Origin: an uncultured Flavimarina sp.
GTDB lineage: Bacteria > Bacteroidota > Bacteroidia > Flavobacteriales > Flavobacteriaceae
DNA length: 64,000 bases
Direction of reading: 5' to 3'
Assembly: GCA_964398145.1 (NCBI GenBank)
Contig: CAYNMH010000003.1
Location: 4,156-68,155 of the forward strand
Shown: piece by piece, positions 47,039 to 57,581 of the stretch
Position numbering within the stretch: the first letter of the stretch is position 1
How the letters are laid out: each line of letters starts with the position of its first letter
The notes under the pieces: generated by a model
The model's input: the letters and a program-made list of their open reading frames with translations, nothing else
Database searches by the model: none
Told to the model about the DNA's origin: nothing
Program-made: the position numbers and the translations under genes

Positions 47039-49342
47039 TTAGTTTATTTTTCCCTTCAACTCTTCCTGTAATTTCTTTCCTTTTTGTTGCGCATCAATCA
47101 CCGCTACGGCAGACATGTTTACAATCTCATCAACTGAAGCTCCAAGCTGCAGCACGTGTACTGGTTTATTCATTCCCATCATAATAGGACCAATATTATC
47201 TGCATGATTGAGTTCTTTGATCATTTTGTAAGTGATGTTAGCCGAATCAATATTGGAAAAAACAAAGGTGTTTACTTTTTTACCGGCAAGTTTGGAAAAC
47301 GGAAACTTGCTTTTGAGCATTTCTGAATTTAGAGCAAAATCTGCCTGAACTTCCCCATCCACAGCAAGTTCCGGGTAATATTTATGCAGGTAGGACACGG
47401 CCTCACTTACTTTGTCTGCGTGTTCATTTTTTGAAGAACCAAAGTTAGAATATGAAATCATAGCAATAACCGGCTCCATCCCAAAAAGGCGAACGGTTCG
47501 GGCGGTCATAAGGGCTATTTTCGCCAGTTCTTTCGCTGTAGGCTCTATATTTATGGATGTATCTGCCAGAAACAACGGACCTCTGCTGGTATTCATTAGA
47601 TTGGCCGCTGCTACCTTTTGCACATTGGGAGCTGCTCCTATTACTTCCAGCACCGGCTTTACCGCTGAAGGATAGCTACTGCTATAACCGGTAATCATGG
47701 CATCAACATCGCCCTGCTTGACCATCATTGCAGCATAATAATTGCGTTGTCTTAAGAGCTTCTGGGCGTCATACAGGGTGATCCCTTTACGTTTACGTTC
47801 TTTCCAGAAAATATGAGCGTATTTATCGAGTTTAGGCTTTTCCTCTTTGGTTTTCGGGTCAATTATTTCAATATCGGCAATAAAATCCAGCTCTTCCATT
47901 AGCTCTACGATTGTTTCCCGGTTACCTAAAAGAACCGGAGTACCGATGCCTTCGTCATAAATAATCTGTGCGGCTTTAAGAACATCAAGCTGGTCTGCCT
48001 CGGCATAAACTACGCGTTTCGGTTCGGTTTTGGCACGATTAAGAATGAGACGCACAATCTTATTGTCTGACCCCATACGCTCCAGCAATTCGTCTTCATA
48101 CTTTATCCAGTCTGTAATAGGCTGGCGCGCCACGCCGCTTTCCATTGCCGCCCGGGCTACAGCAGGAGGTACTTTGGTAATTAAACGCGGGTCAAATGGT
48201 TTTGGGATGATGTATTCCCGGCTAAAATTAAGGCGGGTTTCTCCATAAGCGATATTGACCTGCTCGGGCACCGATTCTTTAGCCAGATCGGCCAAAGCTT
48301 TGACGGCGGCCATTTTCATATCTTCGTTGATCTTGGTCGCGCGTACATCTAGCGCTCCGCGAAATATAAATGGGAAGCCTAAAACATTATTTACCTGATT
48401 GGGATGGTCTGAACGACCTGTAGCCATAATAATGTCTTCACGGGTGTCCATTGCCAGGTTGTAATCGATCTCCGGGTTGGGATTGGCCATCGCAAAAACG
48501 ATGGGATTAGGCGCCATAGATTTTAGCATTTCGGGCGAAACGATATCTGCAATGGAAAGGCCGATAAACACATCGGCGTCAACCATCGCCTCTTCAAGAG
48601 TATCGATTTTACGGTCTGAAGCAAATTCAGCTTTTTCCTCGGAAAGATGATCACGGTCGCTTCGAATGACGCCTTTACTGTCAAGCATCACAATGTTTTC
48701 AGCCTTAGCACCAAAGGCCTTATAAAGCCGGGTACATGAAACCGCTGCAGCACCGGCACCGCTTACCACGATGCGTATATCTTCCATCCTTTTATCAGCA
48801 AGCTCGGTCGCATTGAGCAAAGCTGCAGCAGAAATAATGGCTGTACCATGCTGATCGTCGTGCATAACCGGGATGTCGAGCTCTGCTTTTAAACGACGTT
48901 CTATTTCAAAAGCTTCCGGAGCTTTTATGTCTTCCAGGTTGATCCCTCCAAAGGTGGGTGCAATGTTTTTCACCGTAGCGATAAACTCGTCTATATTTTT
49001 AGTATCTACTTCAATATCAAAAACATCAATCCCAGCAAAAATCTTAAAGAGCAGACCCTTTCCCTCCATCACCGGCTTGGAAGCTTCGGGGCCTATATCG
49101 CCCAGACCCAGCACGGCTGTACCGTTTGAGATTACCGCAACCAGATTGCCTTTTGCGGTGTATTTATAAGCGTTTTCCTTATCCTTTTCAATTTCCAGAC
49201 AGGGCTCTGCAACCCCGGGGGAATAAGCCAGCGAAAGGTCGCGTTGGGATGAATATTTTTTAGTAGGCACCACGGCAATTTTACCGGGTGTAGGTTTCGC
49301 GTGATAGACTAGTGCCTCTCGGCGTCTGCTTTCTTTACTCAT
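47039..49342 (-). CDS. maeB: NADP-dependent malic enzyme (malic enzyme fused to a PTA-like domain)
   Basis: 767 aa. N-terminal malic enzyme and NAD(P)-binding domains (LSLAYSPGVA, VVSGAGAAA), then a C-terminal phosphotransacetylase-like domain. Confidence 0.92.
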   Translation of the reverse strand: MSKESRRREALVYHAKPTPGKIAVVPTKKYSSQRDLSLAYSPGVAEPCLEIEKDKENAYKYTAKGNLVAVISNGTAVLGLGDIGPEASKPVMEGKGLLFKIFAGIDVFDIEVDTKNIDEFIATVKNIAPTFGGINLEDIKAPEAFEIERRLKAELDIPVMHDDQHGTAIISAAALLNATELADKRMEDIRIVVSGAGAAAVSCTRLYKAFGAKAENIVMLDSKGVIRSDRDHLSEEKAEFASDRKIDTLEEAMVDADVFIGLSIADIVSPEMLKSMAPNPIVFAMANPNPEIDYNLAMDTREDIIMATGRSDHPNQVNNVLGFPFIFRGALDVRATKINEDMKMAAVKALADLAKESVPEQVNIAYGETRLNFSREYIIPKPFDPRLITKVPPAVARAAMESGVARQPITDWIKYEDELLERMGSDNKIVRLILNRAKTEPKRVVYAEADQLDVLKAAQIIYDEGIGTPVLLGNRETIVELMEELDFIADIEIIDPKTKEEKPKLDKYAHIFWKERKRKGITLYDAQKLLRQRNYYAAMMVKQGDVDAMITGYSSSYPSAVKPVLEVIGAAPNVQKVAAANLMNTSRGPLFLADTSINIEPTAKELAKIALMTARTVRLFGMEPVIAMISYSNFGSSKNEHADKVSEAVSYLHKYYPELAVDGEVQADFALNSEMLKSKFPFSKLAGKKVNTFVFSNIDSANITYKMIKELNHADNIGPIMMGMNKPVHVLQLGASVDEIVNMSAVAVIDAQQKGKKLQEELKGKIN

Positions 49343-49364
49343 AATATTCGCATTAGCTATGCTA

Positions 49365-49372
49365 CAAAAATA
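49365..49372 (-). promoter_or_regulatory. Candidate -7 box (TATTTTTG) for maeB
   Basis: Exact TAnnTTTG match on the minus strand, 23 nt upstream of the ATG. The -33 element is poor (TTTA at a 23-nt spacer). Confidence 0.35.
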
Positions 49373-49454
49373 GGGCTATTATTAGACCGGGCTAGTAAAT
49401 TCTTAGCTTTCTATCTGCTAATTTTAGCAAGAACAGGATTGTGATTAAATCATA

Positions 49455-49500
49455 AAAGCTAAATCTCCCTATAACCGAAAGATTTAGCTTTTTATTTTTT
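49455..49500. terminator. Hairpin terminator downstream of the MFS gene, competent in both orientations
   Basis: 10-bp stem agctaaatct / agatttagct (49457-49466 / 49480-49489). On the plus strand it is followed by TTTTTATTTTTT; on the minus strand by TTTTATGATTT. Confidence 0.65.
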
Positions 49501-49515
49501 AATCCTGTATTTTAA

Positions 49516-50997
49516 TCATTCAGGCATATAAATCTTATCTGAAGAATAACTCTTCTGAAGACGAAGCGCCAACAAGGCTGCAATTATAAAAAACACTCCT
49601 CCAAAGAGGATCGCATTAACCGCATTGTTACCCAACAAATTCTCAATGATAGGACCAAAGGTTACCGTTTGAATAAGCATGGGAATTACAATCATCATAT
49701 TTACGATCCCCATATATACCCCGCGTTTTTCTTCGGGAATTACTTTGGAAACCATCGAATACGGGATACCCATCATCGCAGCCCAACCTATACCGAAAAG
49801 TACCATAGGAACCAGTAAAGCATACTCATCCTGAATATACGGCATACTTAGCATGGCTATCCCGGTAAGCAGCAAGCTGATTACATATACATTACGCGAA
49901 CCATACTTTTTAGCAAATGGCACCAAAGCAAGGGCCACAATCATAGTTACAAAATTGTAGGTCCCGTTCATCAGACCGGTTTGTGCCAGCGCCTGTTCTG
50001 AAACCTGCTGAAAATTTTGTGCAAAAGCAGTATCCCCGGTAGTGACCACGCCTCCACTGCGGCAGGCTTCCATAATCCCTTCAAAACGTACATTGTCATC
50101 CTGACTCAGACCATACATGGAGTTGCGTAGCATAGGTGTTATAAACTGCCAATAGACAAAAAGGGCATACCATTGAAAAAAATAAACCGCAGCCAGCTTT
50201 TTAAGCATAGCGGGCATTCTGCCTATAGCTCCCCCGATTTCGACCAGCGGTTCAATCATCCGGGAACCGAAAGTGGATTGTTCTTTCTCACGTTTCATCG
50301 CAGCCAGATCTTCCTCTGTAGGCGGGATTTCAGGAGTTTTCCAGACAGACCACAACACGGTTGCTATAGATGCAAAAGCACCTAAAAAGAAGGAATAATA
50401 CACCCAGGTAGGAATGGTTGAAATGGTTTCTGCACCGGTAGAGCATAGGGCCGCCCCCTCCTCTGCCGCTACTCCAAACCAATCCTGAAAAAGAAACAAT
50501 GAAAAATTTGCTATGGTTATCCCGGCACCCACAAACAGACTTTGCATCTGGTAGCCAAAAGTAATTTGATCATCATTCAGTTTATCGCCTACAAAAGCGC
50601 GGTAGGGCTCCATTGCGGTGTTATTTCCCACATCCAGAATCCACAGTAAGCCTACTGCAAACCACAGTTCTGAACTGTACGGAAAAGCTAGAAGGCACAA
50701 ACTACCTAAAATAGCCCCAATTAAAAAGAAGGGCTTACGACGACCTCCCCATCTCGGCAACCAGGTTTTGTCTGAAATAGCTCCGATTATGGGCTGAATG
50801 ATGAGACCCGTAACAGGCCCTGCTAGATTTAACAATGGGAGTTCTGCGTGATCTGCCCCTAAGAATGAGAAAATAGGATTGATGGCAGTTTGTTGCAACC
50901 CAAAACTGAACTGAATTCCGAAGAATCCCACATTCATATTCCAAATTTGCCAGAAGGAAAGATTAGGCTTGCGAATGGCACTGATAATTTTATTCAT
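49516..50997 (-). CDS. MFS transporter, SLC45/GPH-like sugar:cation symporter
   Basis: 493 aa, 12 TM helices. The motif D..W.PRWGGRRKPF is typical of the sucrose/SLC45 branch. Confidence 0.8.
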   Translation of the reverse strand: MNKIISAIRKPNLSFWQIWNMNVGFFGIQFSFGLQQTAINPIFSFLGADHAELPLLNLAGPVTGLIIQPIIGAISDKTWLPRWGGRRKPFFLIGAILGSLCLLAFPYSSELWFAVGLLWILDVGNNTAMEPYRAFVGDKLNDDQITFGYQMQSLFVGAGITIANFSLFLFQDWFGVAAEEGAALCSTGAETISTIPTWVYYSFFLGAFASIATVLWSVWKTPEIPPTEEDLAAMKREKEQSTFGSRMIEPLVEIGGAIGRMPAMLKKLAAVYFFQWYALFVYWQFITPMLRNSMYGLSQDDNVRFEGIMEACRSGGVVTTGDTAFAQNFQQVSEQALAQTGLMNGTYNFVTMIVALALVPFAKKYGSRNVYVISLLLTGIAMLSMPYIQDEYALLVPMVLFGIGWAAMMGIPYSMVSKVIPEEKRGVYMGIVNMMIVIPMLIQTVTFGPIIENLLGNNAVNAILFGGVFFIIAALLALRLQKSYSSDKIYMPE

Positions 50998-51153
50998 ACT
51001 ACCTGTAAGCGTATTGTTTCAGTTTAACTAATGTCTGAAATCAAAAAATTAAAACGTTTGAGAACATTTATTTTTGAAAAACAATTGACAATATACACGA
51101 ATAGCTTAAAATATTAACAACTTATTCAGAAATTAACGGCAGCCATTCAACGG

Positions 51154-52083
51154 TTATTTTTCGTTTAAAAAGCTAATGTTACGCATAAGCCCCTCGTATT
51201 TGGTACGCTTAACCGGGGATTTCCTGAAAATATCTGAAAAGACCTCCTGCGTGAGCTCTTTCCAATCCTCTTTTGAATAATCAAGAATTTGCGGTCTTGC
51301 ATTTAAAAGTGGTTCGTTATGAGCTTTAGAAAACCGATTCCAGGGGCATACATCCTGGCAAATATCGCAACCAAACATCCAGTCTTCCATCTGATTTTGC
51401 GCGTAAGCCGGAATTTCATTTTTAAGCTCAATCGTAAAATAACTGATGCATTTGCTCCCATCTACCACATAAGGCTCAACGATGGCATCTGTAGGGCAGG
51501 CATCTATACAGGCGGTGCAGGAACCACAATGATCGGTTACCGGAGTATCGTATTCCAAATCCAGATCGATAATCAATTCGGCTATAAAATAAAACGATCC
51601 TACCTGTTTGGTGAGCAGGTTACTGTTTTTGCCTATCCATCCTAACCCGCTACGTGCAGCCCAGGCTTTATCTAAAACAGGTGCAGAATCTACAAATGCA
51701 CGACCTTCTATTTTTCCTATTTTTTCTTCCAGGCTGAACAGCAATTCTTTCAAACGGTCTTTGATCACCAAATGATAATCGGTTCCGTAAGCATATTTCG
51801 ATATTTTATAGGAATCGTCGCGCTGCTGTTCTTTCGGGAAATAATTAAACAGCAGGGAAACCACACTCTTGGCACCGGGTACCAGCAACGTGGGATCGAG
51901 GCGTTTGTCAAAATGATTTTCCATATATCCCATTTCGCCGTTTCGGTTCTTGTTCAACCAGTCTTCCAGTCGTGGCGCTTCCCTTTCTAAAAACTCAGCT
52001 TTTGATATGCCGCAGGACATAAAGCCCAGACGCCTGGCTTCGGCTTTAACAAAAGCGGTATTTGAGGCTTTATTAGAAATCAA
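51154..52083 (-). CDS. queG: tRNA epoxyqueuosine(34) reductase
   Basis: 309 aa. Two 4Fe-4S motifs ([23 protein letters not shown]) and a QueG-type N-terminus (..ARRLGF..CGI). TTG start overlapping the P450 stop (TTGA). Confidence 0.9.
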   Translation of the reverse strand: MISNKASNTAFVKAEARRLGFMSCGISKAEFLEREAPRLEDWLNKNRNGEMGYMENHFDKRLDPTLLVPGAKSVVSLLFNYFPKEQQRDDSYKISKYAYGTDYHLVIKDRLKELLFSLEEKIGKIEGRAFVDSAPVLDKAWAARSGLGWIGKNSNLLTKQVGSFYFIAELIIDLDLEYDTPVTDHCGSCTACIDACPTDAIVEPYVVDGSKCISYFTIELKNEIPAYAQNQMEDWMFGCDICQDVCPWNRFSKAHNEPLLNARPQILDYSKEDWKELTQEVFSDIFRKSPVKRTKYEGLMRNISFLNEK

Positions 52084-53405
52084 GATTCGCGCAAACTGAA
52101 TTTAAGGATGGCATTTTTAGGCTTTAGGGTAATCAACGGAAGGATTTCAATTTCAGGCTTAACCGTATCAATTTTAAACTTACTCACCAGTTGAGTTATT
52201 GCCAAAATCATCTCATATATCGCAAAATTATTCCCGATGCACATACGCGGCCCGGCCCCGAAAGGCAGAAAATAAGGCGAATATTTCAGCAGCTTTTCGT
52301 CTTCAAACCGCGCCGGATTGAAAGCTTCGGGATTTTCCCAGAAGTCCGGATGCCGGTGTATTTCATAAATGGAAAACAAAAGACTGGTATTTGGCTCTAT
52401 CGTATAATCATTAAAAGAATCCCCTTCAAGGGCAATTCGATCTATAAAATAGGCCGGTGGATACAAACGCATCGATTCATTAATTACCCGGTTTGTAAAG
52501 GAAAGCTCTCGGAGTTTAGTGAGCAATTCTTCTTCTTTCGTCGATTTCACTTCCTGATAAAGCTCCTCCTGAATATCGGGATGATGTGCCAGGAGCTGGG
52601 TTGTAAAGGTAAGTGCATTGGAAGTGGTTTCGTGACCAGCTACAAAGAGAATAAAGATTTCGTCAATAAGTCGTTCCTGATCCATTGCCGTATTGTCTTC
52701 ATAGCGGGCATCGAGAAGCATATCGAGCAGATCATCTTTTCGTATTCCCGAAGCCTTTCGTTCCTCTACCAATGCTTCGAGCAACCTTCGGGCCTCCCCG
52801 GTTTTTTCCAGATTTCCTTTAAGTTTTCCCGAAAGGCGGAACCACCAGTGTAAATAAGGCTGTCGTAACTCCCGCACCAGCATAGCCTGAGCTTCTTCGG
52901 TGATTTGTTGCAGTCTGTTGATGGTTTTTTGATCTGCAGCCCCACTAAAAAGCGCCTGCACCACCGTTTGAAAGGCTAAATCATTATAAACCGGAAAAAT
53001 ATCGAAAGGACGATTAACCTTTATTTTTCCAAGCTCGTCACTGATTACCTCATTCATTTTGGCGAGTAAATGTTCCAGGTGCTTTTTATGAAAAGCAGGC
53101 TGAATGAGTTTACGCTGCGTTGACCAGTGTTTTCCTTCTGCAGTAAGTAAACCCTTGCCTACATACTTGGCTAAATCCTGAGTTTGAATGGGAGATTTAG
53201 TATAGTTCTTTTGATTTATTTGCAGGACATGTTGTGCGAAAAGTGCATCCCTTGAGAAAACCACACTTTTGCCAAAACCAAGTTTTAACCAAAATGTATC
53301 ACCTTTCTCTTCAAAATTTCTTTTATGAAAAGGCAATGGATTTTTCAGGATTTGAAAAGCCGATCGGAGAAACTTGTGTACGGGAACTACCGGAATGCCT
53401 GCCAT
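52080..53405 (-). CDS. Cytochrome P450
   Basis: 441 aa. I-helix AGHETT, ExxR (ESMRLYPP) and the heme-thiolate loop [14 protein letters not shown]. Confidence 0.92.
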   Translation of the reverse strand: MAGIPVVPVHKFLRSAFQILKNPLPFHKRNFEEKGDTFWLKLGFGKSVVFSRDALFAQHVLQINQKNYTKSPIQTQDLAKYVGKGLLTAEGKHWSTQRKLIQPAFHKKHLEHLLAKMNEVISDELGKIKVNRPFDIFPVYNDLAFQTVVQALFSGAADQKTINRLQQITEEAQAMLVRELRQPYLHWWFRLSGKLKGNLEKTGEARRLLEALVEERKASGIRKDDLLDMLLDARYEDNTAMDQERLIDEIFILFVAGHETTSNALTFTTQLLAHHPDIQEELYQEVKSTKEEELLTKLRELSFTNRVINESMRLYPPAYFIDRIALEGDSFNDYTIEPNTSLLFSIYEIHRHPDFWENPEAFNPARFEDEKLLKYSPYFLPFGAGPRMCIGNNFAIYEMILAITQLVSKFKIDTVKPEIEILPLITLKPKNAILKFSLRES

Positions 53406-53422
53406 TTCAATTGTGTTTTCGA

Positions 53423-54445
53423 TTAAAAAAGGCCGCCCTGAACCGGACCTTTTACCCGGTTTAAATGCCTATAAGCAGCTTCGGTCACCTCGCGCCCTCT
53501 CGGAGTACGTATGATAAACCCCTGTTGAATTAAAAAGGGTTCGTACACCTCTTCAATAGTCTCGGCACTCTCAGAGACTGCGGTAGCCAAGGTGGTAATT
53601 CCTACGGGGCCTCCTTTAAACTTATCGATGATAGTTGCCAGTATCTTATTATCCATTTCGTCCAGACCGTGTGCATCTACATTTAAAGCTTTAAGACCAA
53701 AACGGGCAATCTCAATATCTATAGTTCCGTTTCCTTTTATTTGGGCAAAATCCCGCACCCTCCTAAGCAAGGCATTGGCAATACGCGGTGTTCCTCTGCT
53801 ACGCCCTGCAATTTCTATAGCCGCTTCCATACTTATGGGTACTTTCAAAATATCTGCACTACGCTGTACAATGGTGGTGAGTAATTCGGTATTATAATAT
53901 TCCAGTCGGGAAGATATCCCAAAACGCGCCCGCATAGGTGCGGTCAGCAATCCAGATCGTGTGGTAGCTCCAATTAAAGTAAAGGGATTCAGGTTGATTT
54001 GAACCGTACGGGCATTAGGCCCGCTCTCAATCATGATATCTATTTTATAATCTTCCATGGCAGAGTACAGGTACTCTTCGACTACAGGACTTAAGCGGTG
54101 AATCTCATCAATGAATAACACATCGCGTTCCTCAAGATTGGTGAGCAGGCCGGCGAGGTCTCCGGGCTTATCAAGCACCGGACCACTGGTCACCTTTATA
54201 TTGACCTGAAGTTCGTTTGCCAGAATATTAGCTAAAGTAGTTTTTCCCAATCCCGGCGGACCATGAAAAAGCGTATGATCAAGTGCTTCTCCCCTGCCAT
54301 TAGCGGCCTGAACAAAAATCTCCAAATTCTCCAGCACCTGTGCCTGACCGGTAAAATCACTAAAACTCAACGGGCGCAGCGCGCGCTCTATGTCAAATTC
54401 CTCGGGAGAAAAACCCTCACCGCTGGCGTCTAAATGTTCGTTCAT
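53423..54445 (-). CDS. ruvB: Holliday junction DNA helicase RuvB
   Basis: 340 aa. Walker [10 protein letters not shown], Walker B LFIDEIHR, RuvB winged-helix C-terminus. Confidence 0.96.
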   Translation of the reverse strand: MNEHLDASGEGFSPEEFDIERALRPLSFSDFTGQAQVLENLEIFVQAANGRGEALDHTLFHGPPGLGKTTLANILANELQVNIKVTSGPVLDKPGDLAGLLTNLEERDVLFIDEIHRLSPVVEEYLYSAMEDYKIDIMIESGPNARTVQINLNPFTLIGATTRSGLLTAPMRARFGISSRLEYYNTELLTTIVQRSADILKVPISMEAAIEIAGRSRGTPRIANALLRRVRDFAQIKGNGTIDIEIARFGLKALNVDAHGLDEMDNKILATIIDKFKGGPVGITTLATAVSESAETIEEVYEPFLIQQGFIIRTPRGREVTEAAYRHLNRVKGPVQGGLF

Positions 54446-54576
54446 AACGTAAAGATAAGAAATAGCTCTCCCGAAAAATACTCCGGTTAAACATCATTAC
54501 CTTGAATTGTTTCAGTATTCTTATGTAAAAAGCTCATTCTGATAACCTGTACCGGAAAATCTAAAATTATATCAAG

Positions 54577-54600
54577 AAAAAACCCGCATGAAGCGGGTTT
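54577..54600 (-). terminator. Rho-independent terminator after ctaD
   Basis: Stem aacccgc / gcgggtt with a 5-nt loop, followed by a T6 run on the minus strand. Lies 29 nt after the ctaD stop. Confidence 0.8.
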
Positions 54601-54628
54601 CTGTATAAAATTGTTTTTAAGGAGAATC

Positions 54629-56458
54629 TTAATGATTCATCTCTTCTTCTCCCGGTTGTAACGGAATGTTTTGAGGAATAAAATCCTGTCCGGGGATCAC
54701 ATAATCGGTTTCATCTTCATTCAGCTTGCTATAATCATAAGACCAGCGGTAAACGTGAGGGATTTCCCCTTCCCAGTTACCGTGAATGTGTTTAAGCTCG
54801 GTCGTCCACTCTAAAGTATTGGATTTCCAGGGGTTTTTAGGACCTCTCTTACCATAGAAAATAGAAGAAATGAAGTTATAAAGGAACACCAATTGCACCG
54901 CAGCAGTAATAATAGCCGCGATGGTAATCATTGTATTAACATCTGCAAGATCATCAAAATATGGGAAAGCCGTATTAGAATAATATCTACGTGGCAGACC
55001 GGCCATACCAATAAAGTGCATGGGGAAGAACACGGCATAAGAACCTATTGCAGTCACCCAGAAGTGCACATAACCCAAATTCTTATTCAACATACGCCCT
55101 TCAAACATTTTAGGGAACCAGTGATACACTCCTGCAAACAAACCATAAAGCGCAGAGATACCCATTACCAGGTGGAAGTGTGCCACAACGAAATACGTAT
55201 CGTGCACGTTAATATCCAGCGTACTGTCCCCAAGAATAATCCCGGTAAGACCACCCGTGATAAAGGTGGAAACCAAACCAATGGAGAAGAGCATTGCAGG
55301 GTTAAATTGCAGATTTCCCTTCCATAGTGTGGTTATATAATTAAACGCTTTTACCGCTGAAGGAATCGCAATCAGAAGGGTTGTAAAGGTAAATACCGAT
55401 CCCAGGAACGGGTTCATACCCGATACAAACATATGGTGACCCCATACAATAGTTGACAAAAATGCGATTGCCAATATCGAAGCAATCATTGCACGATATC
55501 CAAAAATCGGCTTTCTGGAGTTTGTTGCAATAACTTCTGACGAAATACCCAAGGCCGGAAGTAATACGATATATACTTCAGGGTGACCCAGGAACCAGAA
55601 CAGGTGTTCAAAAAGCACCGGCGAACCTCCCTGATTGTGCAATACTTCCCCGCCAATATAAATATCAGACAGGAAGAATGAGGTACCAAAACTACGGTCC
55701 ATAATCAGCAATAAAGCCGCAGAAAGTAGAACGGGAAAGGAAACCACACCAATAATCGCAGTTACAAAGAATGCCCAAATGGTTAGGGGCAATCTGGTCA
55801 TCGACATTCCTTTGGTACGTAAATTAATTACGGTAACAATATAATTTAGAGAACCTAACAGGGATGATGCAATAAAGATAGCCATAGAAACAAGCCATAG
55901 CGTCATACCGGCACCAGATGCAGAAATGGAATTAGGCAAAGCACTAAGTGGAGGGTAAATAGTCCAACCTGCAGCGGCCGGTCCGGCTTCTACAAAAAGC
56001 GAACTAACCATAATTACAGAAGACAGGAAGAACAACCAGTAGGAAACCATATTCAGGAATCCTGAAGCCATATCCCGAGCACCAATTTGCAATGGAATAA
56101 GCAGGTTACTAAAGGTACCGCTCAGGCCTGCTGTAAGTACGAAGAATACCATTATCGTACCGTGAATGGTTACCAGTGAAAGGTAAATACTGGGGTCCAT
56201 CACTCCGTCAGGAGCCCACTTACCCAAAAATATCTCAAAAATGGTGAATTTGGTATCTGGCCATGCCAACTGCATTCGAAACAGGAGCGACATCGCAATA
56301 CCGATTATCCCCATAATCAAACCGGTAATCAAATATTGTTTAGAGATCATTTTGTGATCTGTACTAAAGATATATTTGCTTATAAACGTCTGATGGTGAT
56401 CATGATGCCCGTGATCGTCGTGGGCATGATGGTCTAAAGCTGTTGCATCTGCTGCCAT
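54629..56458 (-). CDS. ctaD: Cytochrome c oxidase subunit I
   Basis: 609 aa. Heme-copper oxidase signatures FWFLGHPEVY, WGHHMF and VVAHFHLV. His-rich N-terminal extension. Confidence 0.96.
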   Translation of the reverse strand: MAADATALDHHAHDDHGHHDHHQTFISKYIFSTDHKMISKQYLITGLIMGIIGIAMSLLFRMQLAWPDTKFTIFEIFLGKWAPDGVMDPSIYLSLVTIHGTIMVFFVLTAGLSGTFSNLLIPLQIGARDMASGFLNMVSYWLFFLSSVIMVSSLFVEAGPAAAGWTIYPPLSALPNSISASGAGMTLWLVSMAIFIASSLLGSLNYIVTVINLRTKGMSMTRLPLTIWAFFVTAIIGVVSFPVLLSAALLLIMDRSFGTSFFLSDIYIGGEVLHNQGGSPVLFEHLFWFLGHPEVYIVLLPALGISSEVIATNSRKPIFGYRAMIASILAIAFLSTIVWGHHMFVSGMNPFLGSVFTFTTLLIAIPSAVKAFNYITTLWKGNLQFNPAMLFSIGLVSTFITGGLTGIILGDSTLDINVHDTYFVVAHFHLVMGISALYGLFAGVYHWFPKMFEGRMLNKNLGYVHFWVTAIGSYAVFFPMHFIGMAGLPRRYYSNTAFPYFDDLADVNTMITIAAIITAAVQLVFLYNFISSIFYGKRGPKNPWKSNTLEWTTELKHIHGNWEGEIPHVYRWSYDYSKLNEDETDYVIPGQDFIPQNIPLQPGEEEMNH

Positions 56459-56486
56459 AATCTATTTTCTTTTAAATCTCAATTTT

Positions 56487-57554
56487 TTAATTCTCCATAC
56501 TTTCAGAAAAGGTCTTCTGCCCTTTCAACCAGGTCTCATACTCTTCCTGAGTTTCTACAATTATTTTCATCTGCATATTGTAATGGCTGGAACCACATAT
56601 CTTATTACATAGCAAATAATAGTCAAACTCATCATACGCTTCAAGAGTGGACTCTCCCGCAGCGGCTAATTCTTTATTTTTCTCTTTTCGAATTTCCTGA
56701 ATGGTGCGCATTTTTTCCTGCATATAATCGGTCTCGCGAATTTCTGCGGTAGTCACAGTGGGCGTAAATGAAAACTGGGTAATCATACCCGGCACCACGT
56801 TCATTTGAGCCCTAAAGTGCGGCATATAGGCCGAGTGCAGCACATCCTGAGAACGCAATTTAAAGATCACCTGCTTTCCTACAGGTAAATGCAGTTCTGT
56901 AGTTACAACGTCATCGCTTCCATCTGAATCACTTGGATCAACACCCAGCTGGTTGATACCTTCAATAAAACGCACATTAGCATCTCCCAGAATATTATCA
57001 TCCCCGGCGTAGCGTGCCTTCCAGTTAAAGCGCTGTGCATACAGTTCAATCACAATAGCATCTTCATCCTCTTCAAAGTTCATAATGTCAGACCAGGTAA
57101 AGAGACCATAAATAATGAGACCCGCAAGAACGATTACAGGAATGATTGTCCAAATAAATTCAAGCTTATCATTATCTGCATAAAAAAGAGCGCGCTTACC
57201 TTTTTCACCTTTGTATTTGTAAGCAAAAAAGTGAAGTAAAAACTGAGTGATTACCTGAACCACCATGATTACCGCAATAGAGATAAACATAAGTGTATCA
57301 TACTTGCCCCCGTGTGCAGAGGAAGCTTCAGGTAAGTAGAATTTAGAATAATGCCAGAAACAGTAGAACATTAAGAAATACAGGAATACCATAAACATCA
57401 CCATCAATTTGGCATTGATGCGGTTATCTTTTCCGTTAGCTACTTCTCCTTCATCCCCTTGTGAATTTCCTTTAGAGAGTGCATATATTTTACTCATTTG
57501 CCAGATTGCTACGGCAAAGAGTGCGATTACAATAAGTACTAAAAAAACGATCAT
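56487..57554 (-). CDS. ctaC: Cytochrome c oxidase subunit II (no fused cytochrome c domain)
   Basis: 355 aa. N-terminal TM helices. CuA ligands in ..DVLHSAY.. and CNKICGSSHYNM. No CxxCH motif. Confidence 0.92.
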   Translation of the reverse strand: MIVFLVLIVIALFAVAIWQMSKIYALSKGNSQGDEGEVANGKDNRINAKLMVMFMVFLYFLMFYCFWHYSKFYLPEASSAHGGKYDTLMFISIAVIMVVQVITQFLLHFFAYKYKGEKGKRALFYADNDKLEFIWTIIPVIVLAGLIIYGLFTWSDIMNFEEDEDAIVIELYAQRFNWKARYAGDDNILGDANVRFIEGINQLGVDPSDSDGSDDVVTTELHLPVGKQVIFKLRSQDVLHSAYMPHFRAQMNVVPGMITQFSFTPTVTTAEIRETDYMQEKMRTIQEIRKEKNKELAAAGESTLEAYDEFDYYLLCNKICGSSHYNMQMKIIVETQEEYETWLKGQKTFSESMEN

Positions 57555-57581
57555 TGGTGTGTTTTTTCTGTTTCGTTGCTA

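Noticed and set aside
52191-52853. A 220-aa ORF on the plus strand, antisense to the P450 gene. It is the longest non-annotated ORF in the window.
   Set aside because: It lies wholly inside a well-supported P450 CDS on the other strand. The translated sequence is R/K/F/I-rich junk with no motifs. This is typical shadow-frame openness.
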